Below, piece by piece: positions 23,349 through 36,900 of a DNA stretch of 64,000 nt (its first letter is position 1; each line of letters begins with the position of its first letter). The notes beneath the pieces were generated by a model, which was not told the DNA's origin, made no database searches, and saw only the letters and a program-made list of their open reading frames with translations. The translations under genes and the position numbers were made by a program. The DNA comes from Octopus bimaculoides (lineage: Eukaryota), in assembly GCF_001194135.2 (NCBI RefSeq), contig NC_068988.1:11462874-11526873 (forward strand), read 5' to 3'.

Positions 23349-24396
23349 CAGGAGTGGGACAAAATGATGGAAACACCTAGCATCATAACATTATAATATT
23401 CAGATATCTATAAAACCGTCAAAAGCTTGTTTATTTTTATGTTTTTGATTTATTATTTGTCTTGCTTAATATGTTTTGCTAAAATTGCTGTTTCTTTTCA
23501 GATATCATCAAAAAACTTTAATTAAAATTCATCAAAATGACAGATCTATCAGACTTTCAAAGAGGTCAAATTGTTGGTGCCCGTATGGCAGGAGCAAACG
23601 CAACGAAAACAGCCAAATTGTTTGGTGTATCAAGAAATACTTTCTCGAATGTAATGACAGCTTTTGAGAAAGAGGGAAAAAATCTCCTCGTCGAAACAAA
23701 ACTCCGAAAGTAATCCAAAACTTTCAGGTAGGGACCGTCGGACTGTTACGCGAATTATTAGAAAGGATCACAAAAGTACAGAGCTTAATGACTGCAGAGC
23801 TTAATGACCACCTCGAGAACCCAGTTTCCACAAACACCGTTCGCCAGGAGCTGCACAAAACTGGATTTCACGGGAGGGCTGCAGTCAGAAAACCATGACT
23901 TTCAAAAACAAACGTTGCAAAGCGTTTAGAGTGAAGTAAAAACCTGCAGAATTGGTCCCTAGAGCAGTGGAAGAATGTTATTTTCTCGGACGAGTAATTC
24001 TTTACCTTATTTCCGACTACAGGCCGGCCAAGTATACGTGTGGAGACAGTCAAAAGAAGCATTTGACCAAGACTGCCTTCTTCCAACTGTTAAACATGGA
24101 GGAGGATCTGTGATGATCTGGGGGCTATATCTTGGAAATCTGCCGGCCCAATGGTTTCCCTTCATGGCAGAATCAATAGTCAAGACTATTTAAGCATTTT
24201 ATCTGATCAAATTCATCCTATTGTTACGGAACGGTTTCCGGATGTAAACGCAATCTTTCAGGATGATAATGCAACAATTCACACAGCTAAAATTTATTAC
24301 TGAACGGCACGAGGAATATTCTAGTGAAGTTGAACATCTTATATGGCCACCAAAAGTCCCCAGATCTCTATATTATTGAACATTTATGGAGTATCT
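23349..24396 (+). mobile_element. Tc1-family DNA transposon copy 1, 3'-truncated, decayed transposase with DD36E spacing
   Basis: TA|CAGGAGTGGGACAAAATGATGGAAACACC end. ATG 23537 gives MTDLSDFQRGQIVGARMAG..., WKNVIFSDE, LPTVKHGGGSVMIWG, IFQDDNA, WPP.SPDL.IIEHLW, with multiple stops and frameshifts. Confidence 0.95.
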
Positions 24397-24899
24397 AAGT
24401 AAGAGCTACAGACAGGTTGACATAGCGTGAGAGCGATTGCAGCGTTAAAGACAGAAGTTAGCCATTCAGGAACGCACGAAGGCCGTCGACTTCACTTAAA
24501 CGTTTATTTGGTAAAACAGTTTTGACAGTGAACAACATGTTGTAGTTTCGAACGACAAAAATTTTGTCATCATATTACAAGTAAGCGTCTAAGTGAACTT
24601 GACGTTCTTCGAGTGCTTCTTCGCGGAGAACTTCTGTCTTTTCATGCTACAATCGCTCGATCTCCAGTGAAAAATTCATAAGCAAACACCTTTGTTTTGT
24701 ATGACAGCCACTCCTACCAAAATTCTTACTATAAATTCTTCCTATATCCAACCACACATATACATAAACAGCCACAACCACACACACACACACACACACA
24801 CACACGCGCGCACATAAACGGGCTATCATTACACACACACACACACAGACCTACGAGGACGCACATACCCACACATACCTTCTTCTCTTGCACTCTCCT

Positions 24900-25135
24900 G
24901 TCTTAGAAATAACTTTTTCTTCATCCATTCCCTTCCGGTCATTTCAAAATGTGACCGCGTGTGTATCGTTGGCGATTTTCTTTCTCCATCTTCCCTTCTT
25001 TGGATTTTTTCTAAATTCCTGATGAAGAGCTCCACTCGAAATGTGAAGTCCTCCTTCTTTTCTTTCCTTTCCTGTACTTGTACCACATCCTCGCGTTGTT
25101 GTTCTTTCTTGCTTGTTGTTTGGATTGACTATATA
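24900..25135 (+). mobile_element. PLE family 2 3'-end fragment with HHR-like motif
   Basis: TTC-CTGATGA-A-GAG-CTCCA-CTC-GAAA-TGT-GAA at 25016-25047; homologous to 15720-15850; ends in (TA)n. Confidence 0.55.
25015..25049 (+). ncRNA. Degenerate minimal hammerhead motif (family 2)
   Basis: Intact CTGATGA and GAAA with 3-bp stem II GAG/CTC. Stem III and cleavage site are mutated (GAAATGTG instead of GAAACGTH). Confidence 0.5.
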
Positions 25136-25149
25136 TATATACACATACA

Positions 25150-25323
25150 CTTTTCTTTTATTATTTTACTTGTTTCAATCATTTGCCTACGGCCATACTG
25201 GAGAGCCACGTTTTAGTCTAAGAAATACACCACTGGACTTATTCTTTGTAAGCCTGGTACAAGGACTTGTGAGTGGATTTGGTAGACGGAAACTGAAAGA
25301 AGCCCGTCATATATATATATATG

Positions 25324-25415
<92 letters not shown>

Positions 25416-25421
25416 TGTGTG

Positions 25422-25452
<31 letters not shown>

Positions 25453-25657
25453 TTGTCCCCCAACATCGTTTGACAACCGATGCTGGTGTGTTTACGTCCC
25501 CGCAACCTAGCGGTTCGGCAAAATAAGACCGATAGAATAAGTTCTAGGCTTACAAGGAATAAGTCCTGGGGTCGATTTACTCGACTAACTAAAGGCGGTG
25601 CTCCAGCATTGCCGCAGTCAAACGACTGAAACAAATAAAGAGTGAAAGAGTAAAGAG
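25150..25657. mobile_element. Two abutting family A SINE pieces: old minus tail 25150-25260 and younger plus 5'-truncated copy 25261-25657 with long (GT)n
   Basis: Both match family A; the plus copy is much closer to the other intact copies. Confidence 0.8.
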
Positions 25658-26140
25658 TATATATGTATATATTAGAGAGAGAAAGAGAGACACAGAGAGA
25701 AAAAAAGTGATCATGCGTATGTGTGTAAGAGTGTGTGTATGTATGTATATATGTATGTATGTACCGTTCTTCAACAGTAACTTGAGTCTAACGTAATAAC
25801 GATGGCCACCAATTTTGATTGGAAGTGGACCGCCTCTTCATCAATAGATTATACACTGATATATCGGCATCTAGTTACACCATAGCGAGCAGAGATAGCA
25901 GTTATGGAAGAGCGGAGGTGTCAGAAGGAGCTTTTCCTTTATAATTTTGTGCCGCAACACAAATTATTCTGTACTTCGATTCCTCACAGCATGTTATTTT
26001 TGGCCGACATTTTTGATATTCAGAATTGATGTTTTTTTAGAAATGATTATATGGTTAATAATTAATGCGTGTTTGGTAATTGCGTTACATAAACCCGCAC
26101 ATACAGTTTCACTAATACATACATAGATACATACATAATC

Positions 26141-26328
26141 TTTTACCTGTTTCAGTCATTTGACAGCGACCATGCTGGAGCATTGCCTTAAAGGAATTTA
26201 TTCGAAGAAATCGTCTCCAGTACTTATGTCTATCAGTGTGGTACTTCTATCGGTATCTTTTGCCAAACTGCGAAGTTACATGGATGCAAACAACATAACA
26301 CCGGTACAAAATGGTTAGCGGCACGTAG

Positions 26329-26367
<39 letters not shown>

Positions 26368-27073
26368 TACACACACACACACACACATATATATATAGTA
26401 TAAGTGCAGGGGTGGCTGCATGGTAAGAAGCCTGCTTCCCAACCAACATGTTTCCGAGTTCAGTCTCATTGCATGGTAACCTGGGCAAATGTCTTTTACA
26501 ATATTCTCAGGCTGATCAAAGACTTGTGAATAGATTTGGTCGACGGAAACCGAAAGAAGCCCGTCTTATATAGACATACATATAATTATGTGTATGCATG
26601 TCTGTGTGTATGTCTGTGTGTGTGTGTGTATGTGCGTGTGTGAATGAGTGAGTGTCTTTGTGTCTCTGTCTGTCGCTGCTTTCCATCGATTGACAACCGA
26701 TGTTGGTGTTTTTACGTCCCCATAATTTTGCGGCCCGGCAAAAGACGCCGACAGAATATGTACCATGTTTTTAAAACACAAATACTGAGGTCGATTGTCG
26801 ATTCATTCGACTAATATTCTTCAAGGCAATGCCCCAGCATGGCCGTAATCTAACGAAAGAAAACATAGGGTAGTGCTCCAGCATTGCCGCAGCCACATGA
26901 CTGAAACGAGTAAAAGAGAGAAAGAGAGTGTGTGTATAGTAATCCAGTCACAAGGCTTTGGTCGGCCCGAGACTATATAGTAAAAGACACTTGACCAAGG
27001 TGCCGCGCGGTTGGACTGAACCCGGAATCATGTGGTTCGTAAGCAGGCTACTTACCACACAGCCACTCCTACG
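26141..27073. mobile_element. Three family A SINE pieces: minus tail 26141-26325, plus full copy with doubled tail 26404-26917, minus head 26947-27073
   Basis: Head, CORE and tail motifs as in the other copies. Confidence 0.8.
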
Positions 27074-27572
27074 TATATATATATATATATATNNNNNNNN
27101 NNNNNNNNNNNNNNNNNNNNNNNNNNNNNNNNNNNNNNNNNNNNNNNNNNNNNNNNNNNNNNNNNNNNNNNNNNNNNNNNNNNNNNNNNNNNNNNNNNNN
27201 NNNNNNNNNNNNNNNNNNNNNNNNNNNNNNNNNNNNNNNNNNNNNNNNNNNNNNNNNNNNNNNNNNNNNNNNNNNNNNNNNNNNNNNNNNNNNNNNNNNN
27301 NNNNNNNNNNNNNNNNNNNNNNNNNNNNNNNNNNNNNNNNNNNNNNNNNTATATATAAATAAAGGGAATGAGAAAAGACACATTCCATAATATAGTCCTA
27401 GCTATACCAGGAAAACGCCGTGTTGGTCGCAGGGAGGGATATATTTGACCATCGGCTGTCTCTTCCAGTTTTCCTATATACCGTTCAAACAAGCACAGAA
27501 TCATCAAGAAACACATCATCTCTATCATCGTCTTCATAATCATATTCATCAGAATCATTGTCGTCGTCGCAG

Positions 27573-27613
<41 letters not shown>

Positions 27614-27628
27614 TTTTGTCATTGTTAT

Positions 27629-27828
27629 TAAGGCGGTGAGCTGGCAGGATCCTTAGTACGCTGGACGAAATGACTAGCGGTATTTCGTCCGTCGCTACGT
27701 TCTGAGTTCAAATTCCGCCGAGGTCGACTCTTCCTTTCATCCTTTCTGGATCGATAAATTAAGTACCAACAGAATTCTGAGATCGATGCAGTTGGCTGGT
27801 CCCCTCCCCAAACATTCCAGGCCTTGTC
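27629..27828 (+). mobile_element. Family B tRNA-SINE (central domain resembles, from memory, the Meta-SINE domain)
   Basis: GGCGGTGAGCTGGCAGGATCC A-box region, GAGTTCAAATTCC B-box, GGTCGACTCTTCCTTTCATCCTTTCTGGATCGATAAATTAAGTACCA. Confidence 0.85.
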
Positions 27829-28046
27829 ATTAATGTTACCATTGTTGTAATCACGAACAAGAAGACAACCACGTCACAGGACATAGTCTGGCGTTAAGAA
27901 TAAAACGATTGCGCTGGTGGAGCTCATGTTGAATTCATTTAGAGAAACAACTGGAGGGTCATGGATGGAATGCTTGAGAGTAATGATCTGCTCGATTAAG
28001 ACTGACCTGGGGTTAAATAATCAACAGTAGCAATCACAGGAATAAA

Positions 28047-28214
28047 TGTGGCTGTGTGGTAAGAACCGTGGTTCCCAACGACTTGACTCCGGGTTCAGTC
28101 CCACTGCATTGCAATCTTGGGCAAGCGTGTTCTACTGTAGCCTCGGGCTGACCAAAACCCTGTGAGTGGATTTGGTAAACGGAAACTGAAAGAAGTCCCG
28201 TGTATGTGTATGTG

Positions 28215-28261
<47 letters not shown>

Positions 28262-28265
28262 CCTC

Positions 28266-28311
<46 letters not shown>

Positions 28312-28572
28312 CCTCGCGTGTGTGTGTGTGTGTGTGTATGTGTGTGTGTGTGCGTGCTTACGTATGCGTAGTTGCGACTGTGCTTTTACATGTGTCTTAC
28401 CTCGACGCTGCCTGCTAACCGGTGTTAGTGTGCTTACGTTCCCGTGACTTAGAGGTTCGGTAAGAAAAAGTCTGAAGAAAAAAAGTAAGCATTGGTGTCC
28501 ATTCATTCGGCAAAAGTTCTCCAAGGTGATGCCCCAGCATGGCCGCATTCTAGCGACTCAAACAAATAAAAT
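28047..28572 (+). mobile_element. Full-length family A CORE-SINE with expanded internal (GT)n
   Basis: GTGGCTGTGTGGTAAG, GGGTTCAGTCCC, TCTTGGGCAAGCG; internal duplication GAAAGAAGCCTCGCG(TG)n x2. Confidence 0.85.
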
Positions 28573-28589
28573 ATAATACTAATAATGTA

Positions 28590-29279
28590 GACAGAAGACC
28601 TGAAATTTTGTGGGATAGACTCGTGAATGACGTCGACCCCAGTTATCAGCTGGTACTTATTTTATCGACCCCTCCCTCTAAAAAAAACGGATAAATGGCA
28701 TAGTCGACCTAGGTGGAATTCGAACTCATAAATATGCCGACAAGCATTTGGCCCCGTGTGCTAAAGATTCTGCCAGCTTAGAACTTTAATACGACTAATA
28801 TCTGTAATCAGATTTCATATTCCGGTATCATCATCATCATCATCATCATCATCATCGTTGTTTTCATCGCCACCATCATCATCAACATCATTAACTTCAT
28901 CATCATCATTATCACCATCACTACTATCATCAATGATTATGATTATCGACAGCACCACCATCATCAACGTGAACATAATCACCAACATCATGATCGTCAT
29001 GATCATCATACTAATCATCATCATCGTCGTCATCATCATCAATTTCTGTATTGTCCACAGGGAGAAGGGCTAAACATGGGGTGGGGAGAGAAAACAAGGA
29101 CAGACAAAGGGATTAATTCGACTACATCGACCCCAGTGCGTAACTGATCTTTATTTTATCGACCCCGAACGGGTGAAAGGCAAAGCCGACCTCAGCGGAG
29201 CTTGAACTCAGAACGTAACGGCAGACGAAATACCGCTTAGCATTTCGCCCGGCGTGCTAACGTTTCTGCCGGCTCGCCG
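28590..29279 (-). mobile_element. Two family B SINEs (28590-28788 and 29058-29279) flanking a (CAT)n block
   Basis: Reverse complement of the family B head and central domain. Confidence 0.85.
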
Positions 29280-29479
29280 ACATCATCATCATCATCATCA
29301 TCATCAACAACTGAAATAAACCCAACTGCTCCCCTGAGGTTCTGGTTTAACCCGCAACCAGGTCCAAAACTCAAAAATAACTACATAAATAATGGAAGGC
29401 CTATGGTAAACAGCGCGCCACCCGGGACCATCTCGCCTTTTTATTTACTCACACTGCACTCATTCTACAAAGCCCTGCA

Positions 29480-29543
29480 GCTTGTGATTTAAGCAGGATT
29501 TGCCTGCTATTTTTAGCAGGTCACCCGTCCACATAGAGGCTCC
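29480..29543 (+). repeat. Short (~65 bp) dispersed repeat, also at 36985-37049 and 59455-59509
   Basis: Shared pattern GCTTGTGATTT...GGATTTG[GC]CTGCTATTT[CT]TAGCAGG...CCACATAGAGGCTCC. Confidence 0.6.
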
Positions 29544-29569
29544 GCTTTGTTATTACTGTTTGTTGCTAT

Positions 29570-29951
29570 CGGGTGTTGTTGTTGTTGTTGTTCTTAATAG
29601 TATTAATGGTGGTGGTGGTGGCTGTGGTGGTAGTTGTGGTGGTGGTTAATAGCAATAGTTATTGTAGTAGTTCTGATAGTGTTTGGGGTGGTCTATGTAG
29701 TAGTAGTAGCAGCTGCAGCAGCAGCAGTAGTAGTAGTAGTAGTAGTAGTAGTAATAGTAGGAGTAGAAGAAGAAGAAATAGTAGCAGTAGTAATAGTGGT
29801 AGTAGTTTTTGTTATTGTGGTGGTGGGGTTGATGGTCGTAGTGGTGGCTTTTGTTTTTATTGTTCATAGTAGTAATGGGATGCCGGTCGTAATTTTAGTA
29901 GTGGTAGTAGTAGTAGTAGTAGTAGCAGCAGCAGCTGTAGATGTTATTGTG

Positions 29952-29993
<42 letters not shown>

Positions 29994-30215
29994 ATAGTAT
30001 TATTATTATTATTAGTAGTAGTAGTAGTAGTAGTAGTAGATGTTATTGTGTTGGTGATGGTAGTAGCAGTAGTAGTACCGGCTGTAGTATTGGGACACCG
30101 GTGGTCATTTCATGAGTAGTGGTAGTAACTGTTGTTGCTGTTGTTGTTGTTGTCCTGCTTGTTGTGGTTGTTTAAGTGGTCGGGATGGCGGCGGAGCGGC
30201 GGGTAGTTGTGTTGA

Positions 30216-30249
<34 letters not shown>

Positions 30250-31227
30250 GGTGGTGGTGGCTGTTGTTTTTATTGGTATCAGCAGCAATAGTGAGTCGTA
30301 GTCGTAGTAGAAGTTGTAGTATTGGGATGCCGGTGGTTGGTTGGTTTGTTAGTAGTAGTAGTCGTAGTAGTAGTAGTNNNNNNNNNNNNNNNNNNNNNNN
30401 NNNNNNNNNNNNNNNNNNNNNNNNNNNNNNNNNNNNNNNNNNNNNNNNNNNNNNNNNNNNNNNNNNNNNNNNNNNNNNNNNNNNNNNNNNNNNNNNNNNN
30501 NNNNNNNNNNNNNNNNNNNNNNNNNNNNNNNNNNNNNNNNNNNNNNNNNNNNNNNNNNNNNNNNNNNNNNNNNNNNNNNNNNNNNNNNNNNNNNNNNNNN
30601 NNNNNNNNNNNNNNNNNNNNNNNNNNNNNNNNNNNNNNNNNNNNNNNNNNNNNNNNNNNNNNNNNNNNNNNNNNNNNNNNNNNNNNNNNNNNNNNNNNNN
30701 NNNNNNNNNNNNNNNNNNNNNNNNNNNNNNNNNNNNNNNNNNNNNNNNNNNNNNNNNNNNNNNNNNNNNNNNNNNNNNNNNNNNNNNNNNNNNNNNNNNN
30801 NNNNNNNNNNNNNNNNNNNNNNNNNNNNNNNNNNNNNNNNNNNNNNNNNNNNNNNNNNNNNNNNNNNNNNNNNNNNNNNNNNNNNNNNNNNNNNNNNNNN
30901 NNNNNNNNNNNNNNNNNNNNNNNNNNNNNNNNNNNNNNNNNNNNNNNNNNNNNNNNNNNNNNNNNNNNNNNNNNNNNNNNNNNNNNNNNNNNNNNNNNNN
31001 NNNNNNNNNNNNNNNNNNNNNNNNNNNNNNNNNNNNNNNNNNNNNNNNNNNNNNTGATGATGATGATGACGGTGATGATGATGATGATGATGGTGGTCAT
31101 GATGATGATGATGAGGGTGACGATGATGATGATGATGATGATGATGATGAGGGTGATGATGATGATGATGATAATGATGGTGATGATGATGACGGTGGTC
31201 ATGATGATGATGATGAGGGTGATGATG

Positions 31228-31258
<31 letters not shown>

Positions 31259-31650
31259 CGGTGGTCATGATGATGATGATGAGGGTGATGATGATGATGA
31301 TGATGATGATGATGCCGACGACGATGACGATGATGGTGGTGTTAGTGGTGGTGAAGCTGGTAGCAGTGATGATGATGATGATGTCGATGATGATAATAAT
31401 GCTGATGATGTTACTGTTGCCGCCGGCGCCGATGATGACTATGATGATGCTGATGATGATGATAATGTTGCCGCTGCTGCTGCCGCCGCCATTAGCGGCG
31501 ACGACAACGACCACGACGATAATGCCGATGATGATGATGATGATGATGCTATTGCTCCAACCACTGCTGCTGCTGCCGGTTCTGTAACTGCTGCTGCTGC
31601 TGCTGCTGCTGCTACAAGCCACTGCTGCTGCTGCCACTGCTGCTGCCGTG
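29570..31650. repeat. Large trinucleotide block (GTA/GGT/GTT)n, gap, (GAT)n/(GCT)n
   Basis: Direct reading; the poly-D/V/M ORFs are artefacts. Confidence 0.9.
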
Positions 31651-31871
31651 ATAGAAAATACAATATTTAAAAGCAAGTGCGTGGTTGGTTGGTTGGTGAT
31701 TTGGTTGGTGGCGCTTTACGGTTTCTCCTTCGGTTACCGTCCAAAGCTAACCCTTTATTTATATTAACAATTTTGGTCCTTGTTTACCGTTTACACTTTC
31801 ATACACACATTGCGCTTCACAAGTACATACATATATACAAATATATTCTAACATAAATACATATACATACA

Positions 31872-31902
<31 letters not shown>

Positions 31903-32226
31903 TGATATTCAGTCATATAGTCATTTATACATTTATGTACATATATTGTGATGAGAGAGTGACAAAGATTCTCCATCACCATGACATGACCACCACTGTT
32001 AAAACAATCCGGTCCTTAGCATAAAGTATAACATACATATACATACTAACACTAATACATATATACATACATACATACATACGTATGTATTTAATTGCCC
32101 GTTTTGTCAGAGTCGGTTTCGAATCATTAATTTGGATCCCAGAAACACGAACACGCAAACATATGCACGCACTCACACACACACCTGCAAACACACGCAT
32201 GTAGAATCACATACACAGATAGTATA

Positions 32227-32306
<80 letters not shown>

Positions 32307-32911
32307 TAACGTGCAAATACAAATATAACTTTATACCTTAAGTTATACACATACATACATCTATCTATCTATATACATACACACATACATGCATCCATAC
32401 ATTCATACATACATATATATATACATATGTAAATGCACAAATATGTATATACACTCTCACATGCGTAATATACACATATAGGTATGTATACACATACATT
32501 CGCACGTGTTAATAAAATATACCTAAATTAATACAAATCTCTATATTTATGTAGTAAAGTTTGAAGACAAAATTGGAGAGAGAGAGAACAGGAGAGGAAG
32601 GAGAGAGGGAGAAAGAGAGAGAAAGACAGTGAAAGAGAGAGGGAGATACAGATATAGAGAAAGATTAAAAGAGATACAGAGAGAGAGAGAGATAGTGAGA
32701 GAGAGAGAGAGAAACTAAAACGGAGTGAAAGTATGATTGAGAGATAGAGAGACAGACAGACAGATATAGAAAGAGAGAGAGACGGAGAGAGAGAGCGAAA
32801 AATAGTTGTACATACGTTGTGAGCGACAGACAGATAGACAGACAGAGAGGAAAAATAAGCCGAAGGATTAATAGATTGGGAGACCGAATGGTGATGAGCA
32901 AGTAAACAGAT

Positions 32912-32960
<49 letters not shown>

Positions 32961-33475
32961 GAGAGAGAGAGAAAGAGAGGCTGAGAGATGTCTGTCTTGG
33001 CACATGTGTAACAATACACACACATACACACACACGCACACACACACACGTTTATACATAGGCTAACACTTCATAGTCGCATATTTTCGAAAATATTTGT
33101 ACACGCGCGTGCATACAGGAAAAATGCACCAGAGATGTGCCGTGCATATGCAGAGGATACTTGCAGACACACATGTGGCTTAACTTACAAAGACACACGC
33201 AAATATAACAACACCATTTATATTCGCATAAACCCATAAATACATACACACGCGCACACACATATATATAAATACATAATATAAATATATAAATATATAC
33301 CTATATACATATATACAAGGTTTTATAAAGGAGTAAGACGCGCATACACATATATATATATATACACACATACATATATATTTACATGCAAACACACATA
33401 TATATATACGCGAGTACAGGTCGATATTTTAAGCATACGCGAAATTTTGCACGCGTGATTATACATACATATACG

Positions 33476-33560
<85 letters not shown>

Positions 33561-33859
33561 TAGCAAACGCAAACAGTTAATTCACATTATGTTTTAAGTA
33601 TATATAAGCATACATACATACATATATACATACATACATATATACATACATACATACATTGGCGAAGCAAAGATTTCACAGAAAGTTACACGTAGAACGC
33701 AGTGAAATACATACATACACACACGCGTATACGCATACACACACATTGGAAAAAAATATATATATATATTCATATATATGCGATCATCTATCTATCAGTG
33801 CATATGTATGTGTGTATGTGTAAACATACACACACACACATATTGTATTTCGGACGACA

Positions 33860-33950
33860 ATGCTGTCGACTTTACAAAACAAAAGGAATTATGGAATGCT
33901 TTACCTGTTCATGGTCTGTTTCAAATGCTTCACGCCCGCCTCAGTCCTCG
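33860..33950 (+). CDS. Speculative first coding exon (signal-peptide-like, phase-1 donor)
   Basis: ATG 33860 gives MLSTLQNKRNYGMLYLFMVCFKCFTPASVL-G|GTAAGT. It is a unique-sequence island among microsatellites; no homology recognised. Confidence 0.2.
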
Positions 33951-34013
33951 GTAAGTTTGTATATAATACCTACATATGTATATCTAAGCGTGTGTCTCGT
34001 GTGTGTGTATATA

Positions 34014-34061
<48 letters not shown>

Positions 34062-34709
34062 AATATGTGTTTTCTGTATGTATGTAGATATATATTTGGT
34101 CTCATATATATATATATATGTACATGTGTGTGTGTGTGCGTTTCTCTGAGTGTGTATGTGTGTGTATATATATATATCTATGCGTGTGTGTAAGCACACA
34201 TGTTTTTCAAATTAATCTTTTAAATGTGTGTTATTTTGTTAAAGGAAACTGTTAAAATACGATAATTCATCGTTATTACTGTTTTGCCGGTAAACCTTTG
34301 TATAGCGTTCATATATNNNNNNNNNNNNNNNNNNNNNNNNNNNNNNNNNNNNNNNNNNNNNNNNNNNNNNNNNNNNNNNNNNNNNNNNNNNNNNNNNNNN
34401 NNNNNNNNNNNNNNNNNNNNNNNNNNNNNNNNNNNNNNNNNNNNNNNNNNNNNNNNNNNNNNNNNNNNNNNNNNNNNNNNNNNNNNNNNNNNNNNNNNNN
34501 NNNNNNNNNNNNNNNNNNNNNNNNNNNNNNNNNNNNNNNNNNNNNNNNNNNNNNNNNNNNNNNNNNNNNNNNNNNNNNNNNNNNNNNNNNNNNNNNNNNN
34601 NNNNNNNNNNNNNNNNNNNNNNNNNNNNNNNNNNNNNNNNNNNNNNNNNNNNGAGAGAGAGAGAGAGAGAGAGAGACGGCTATATTTATACAGATACACA
34701 CACACACAT

Positions 34710-34744
<35 letters not shown>

Positions 34745-35097
34745 CGAACACACACACGTGTGTGTCTGTTGTGTATATGTGAATTGTAACTTAAATATTT
34801 ACATTTATATAGATTTCTGAACCTGTACGCGCGTATGGATAAACACACACACACGCACATTTACACATACACTTTTACGCTTGTAAATACACGCACATAC
34901 ATGTTCATGCATACACACACACACACACACACACATACACATACACACATCTATATCTGTAAAACATACATTCACACAAACACTGTTATTCATCTACTCA
35001 TATGAATGTGTCTGTGTGTGTGTGTGTGTGTGATTGCACTAAAATTGAAATGTAACGATCGTGATCATTCTTGTGTTTTATCTTCATCATCACCATC

Positions 35098-35129
<32 letters not shown>

Positions 35130-36302
35130 CACCATCATCACTATCCGTACCAGCAGCAGGAGCAGCAGTAACAATAACATCATCACCATCATCATCATCA
35201 TCGTCGTCGTCGTCGTCGCCGTGAATAACTTCAACATCATCTTTATCATCATCATCATCGTCACTATCATCATCATGTAAACCAGAAGAAAAGTACCGGA
35301 CCCTCATGCGCCTCACGTTACGAACTTCATTCGGAATACGTTGAAATACACGTCGAAATTTCAGGGTCGTTTGAACAACTGGGCCCGACTCAAATGTTAG
35401 ACATTCATATCATCATTATCATCATCATCATCATCATCTTTGTCGTCAGCCTTATCTATCTGAGATAAAACCACTTTTTTTCAAACTCGTGCAAATCGAT
35501 CCATCGAGCCAGCAGCCATAACATGGTCGGTGCAAATGCTAGAAATGACAGTTGAGTTACCTCGAATCACACGTTGCGCTTCTTAAAAATTTGCGGGCGA
35601 CACACTGGACTGGAAAGTGCAGTGAATACACACACACACACACACCAATGTGTATATATATANNNNNNNNNNNNNNNNNNNNNNNNNNNNNNNNNNNNNN
35701 NNNNNNNNNNNNNNNNNNNNNNNNNNNNNNNNNNNNNNNNNNNNNNNNNNNNNNNNNNNNNNNNNNNNNNNNNNNNNNNNNNNNNNNNNNNNNNNNNNNN
35801 NNNNNNNNNNNNNNNNNNNNNNNNNNNNNNNNNNNNNNNNNNNNNNNNNNNNNNNNNNNNNNNNNNNNNNNNNNNNNNNNNNNNNNNNNNNNNNNNNNNN
35901 NNNNNNNNNNNNNNNNNNNNNNNNNNNNNNNNNNNNNNNNNNNNNNNNNNNNNNNNNNNNNNNNNNNNNNNNNNNNNNNNNNNNNNNNNNNNNNNNNNNN
36001 NNNNNNNNNNNNNNNNNNNNNNNNNNNNNNNNNNNNNNNNNNNNNNNNNNNNTAAACCATGCACACCAGACACACATATATTATACGGCCGCAGTTGGAA
36101 TGGCTGTCTGCTCAGTGTTGTCTGACGTAGGGTTAAACAACACCACCAACTGCTCCGAATGTGTGTGAGATTTCTCTCGTTTGCAGAATCTCTTGCAGTT
36201 AAATTATCGGTAAACATTGTCGATTGGTAAATGAAAGATATGTGGTTCGATCCCAGTGAAGAAATCTTGATGTTTTGTTTTTTGGGTTTTTTTTTTTTTT
36301 TT

Positions 36303-36900
36303 CCTCTGCGGCGAATGCATAAAATCATCAGTGTCGGATAAATTGCCTTGCGGTATTTGTTCCGGCGTTTTACTTTGTACGTTCTATTCCAGCCGGGATC
36401 ATTTTCACCGCTCTCCCTTTCAGAGGTCGATAACATATACAACTAGTTCACTACTGGGGCTGGTGTAATCGTCTTGTCCCCCCCCCCCGCCTCCTCTCAA
36501 AATTACTGGCCTTCTCCTAAAAATTAAAATGAAAGCCAGGCACAATGCTTAGGGGTATTTCGTCTGTTTTTACATTCAGAGTTCAAATTCCGCCGAAGTC
36601 GACTTTGCCTGTCATCCTTTCGGGATCGATGAATTAAGTACCAGTAGCGTACTGGGGTCGATGTAATCGACTAGTCCCCCTCCCCACAAATTTCAGGCCA
36701 TGTGCCTTTACTAGAAATGATTGTTATTATTATTATTATTACTGGAAGAATCGTTAGAGCATCGGACAAAATGCCTAACGGCTTTTATTCTGGTTCTGTA
36801 CGTTATAGATTCAAAATTCGCCGGGGTCATTTCTCCAGGTAGATAAAATAAAGTACCAGTTATTTACTGAGATTGACGCCCTTGTGTCAAAATTAGAAAG
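36303..36900 (+). mobile_element. Three head-to-tail family B SINE copies
   Basis: B-box and central domain at about 36390, 36580 and 36810; the middle copy is best preserved. Confidence 0.8.

Noticed and set aside
24397-24730. Complex sequence truncating Tc1 copy 1, and a similar block at 39560-40100
   Set aside because: They look like repeat-derived DNA, but there is no second copy, TIR pair or coding motif in this window to support a call.
25150-25657. Apparent inverted duplication of a family A SINE tail
   Set aside because: The two tails differ greatly in divergence from the family, which indicates independent insertions of different ages.
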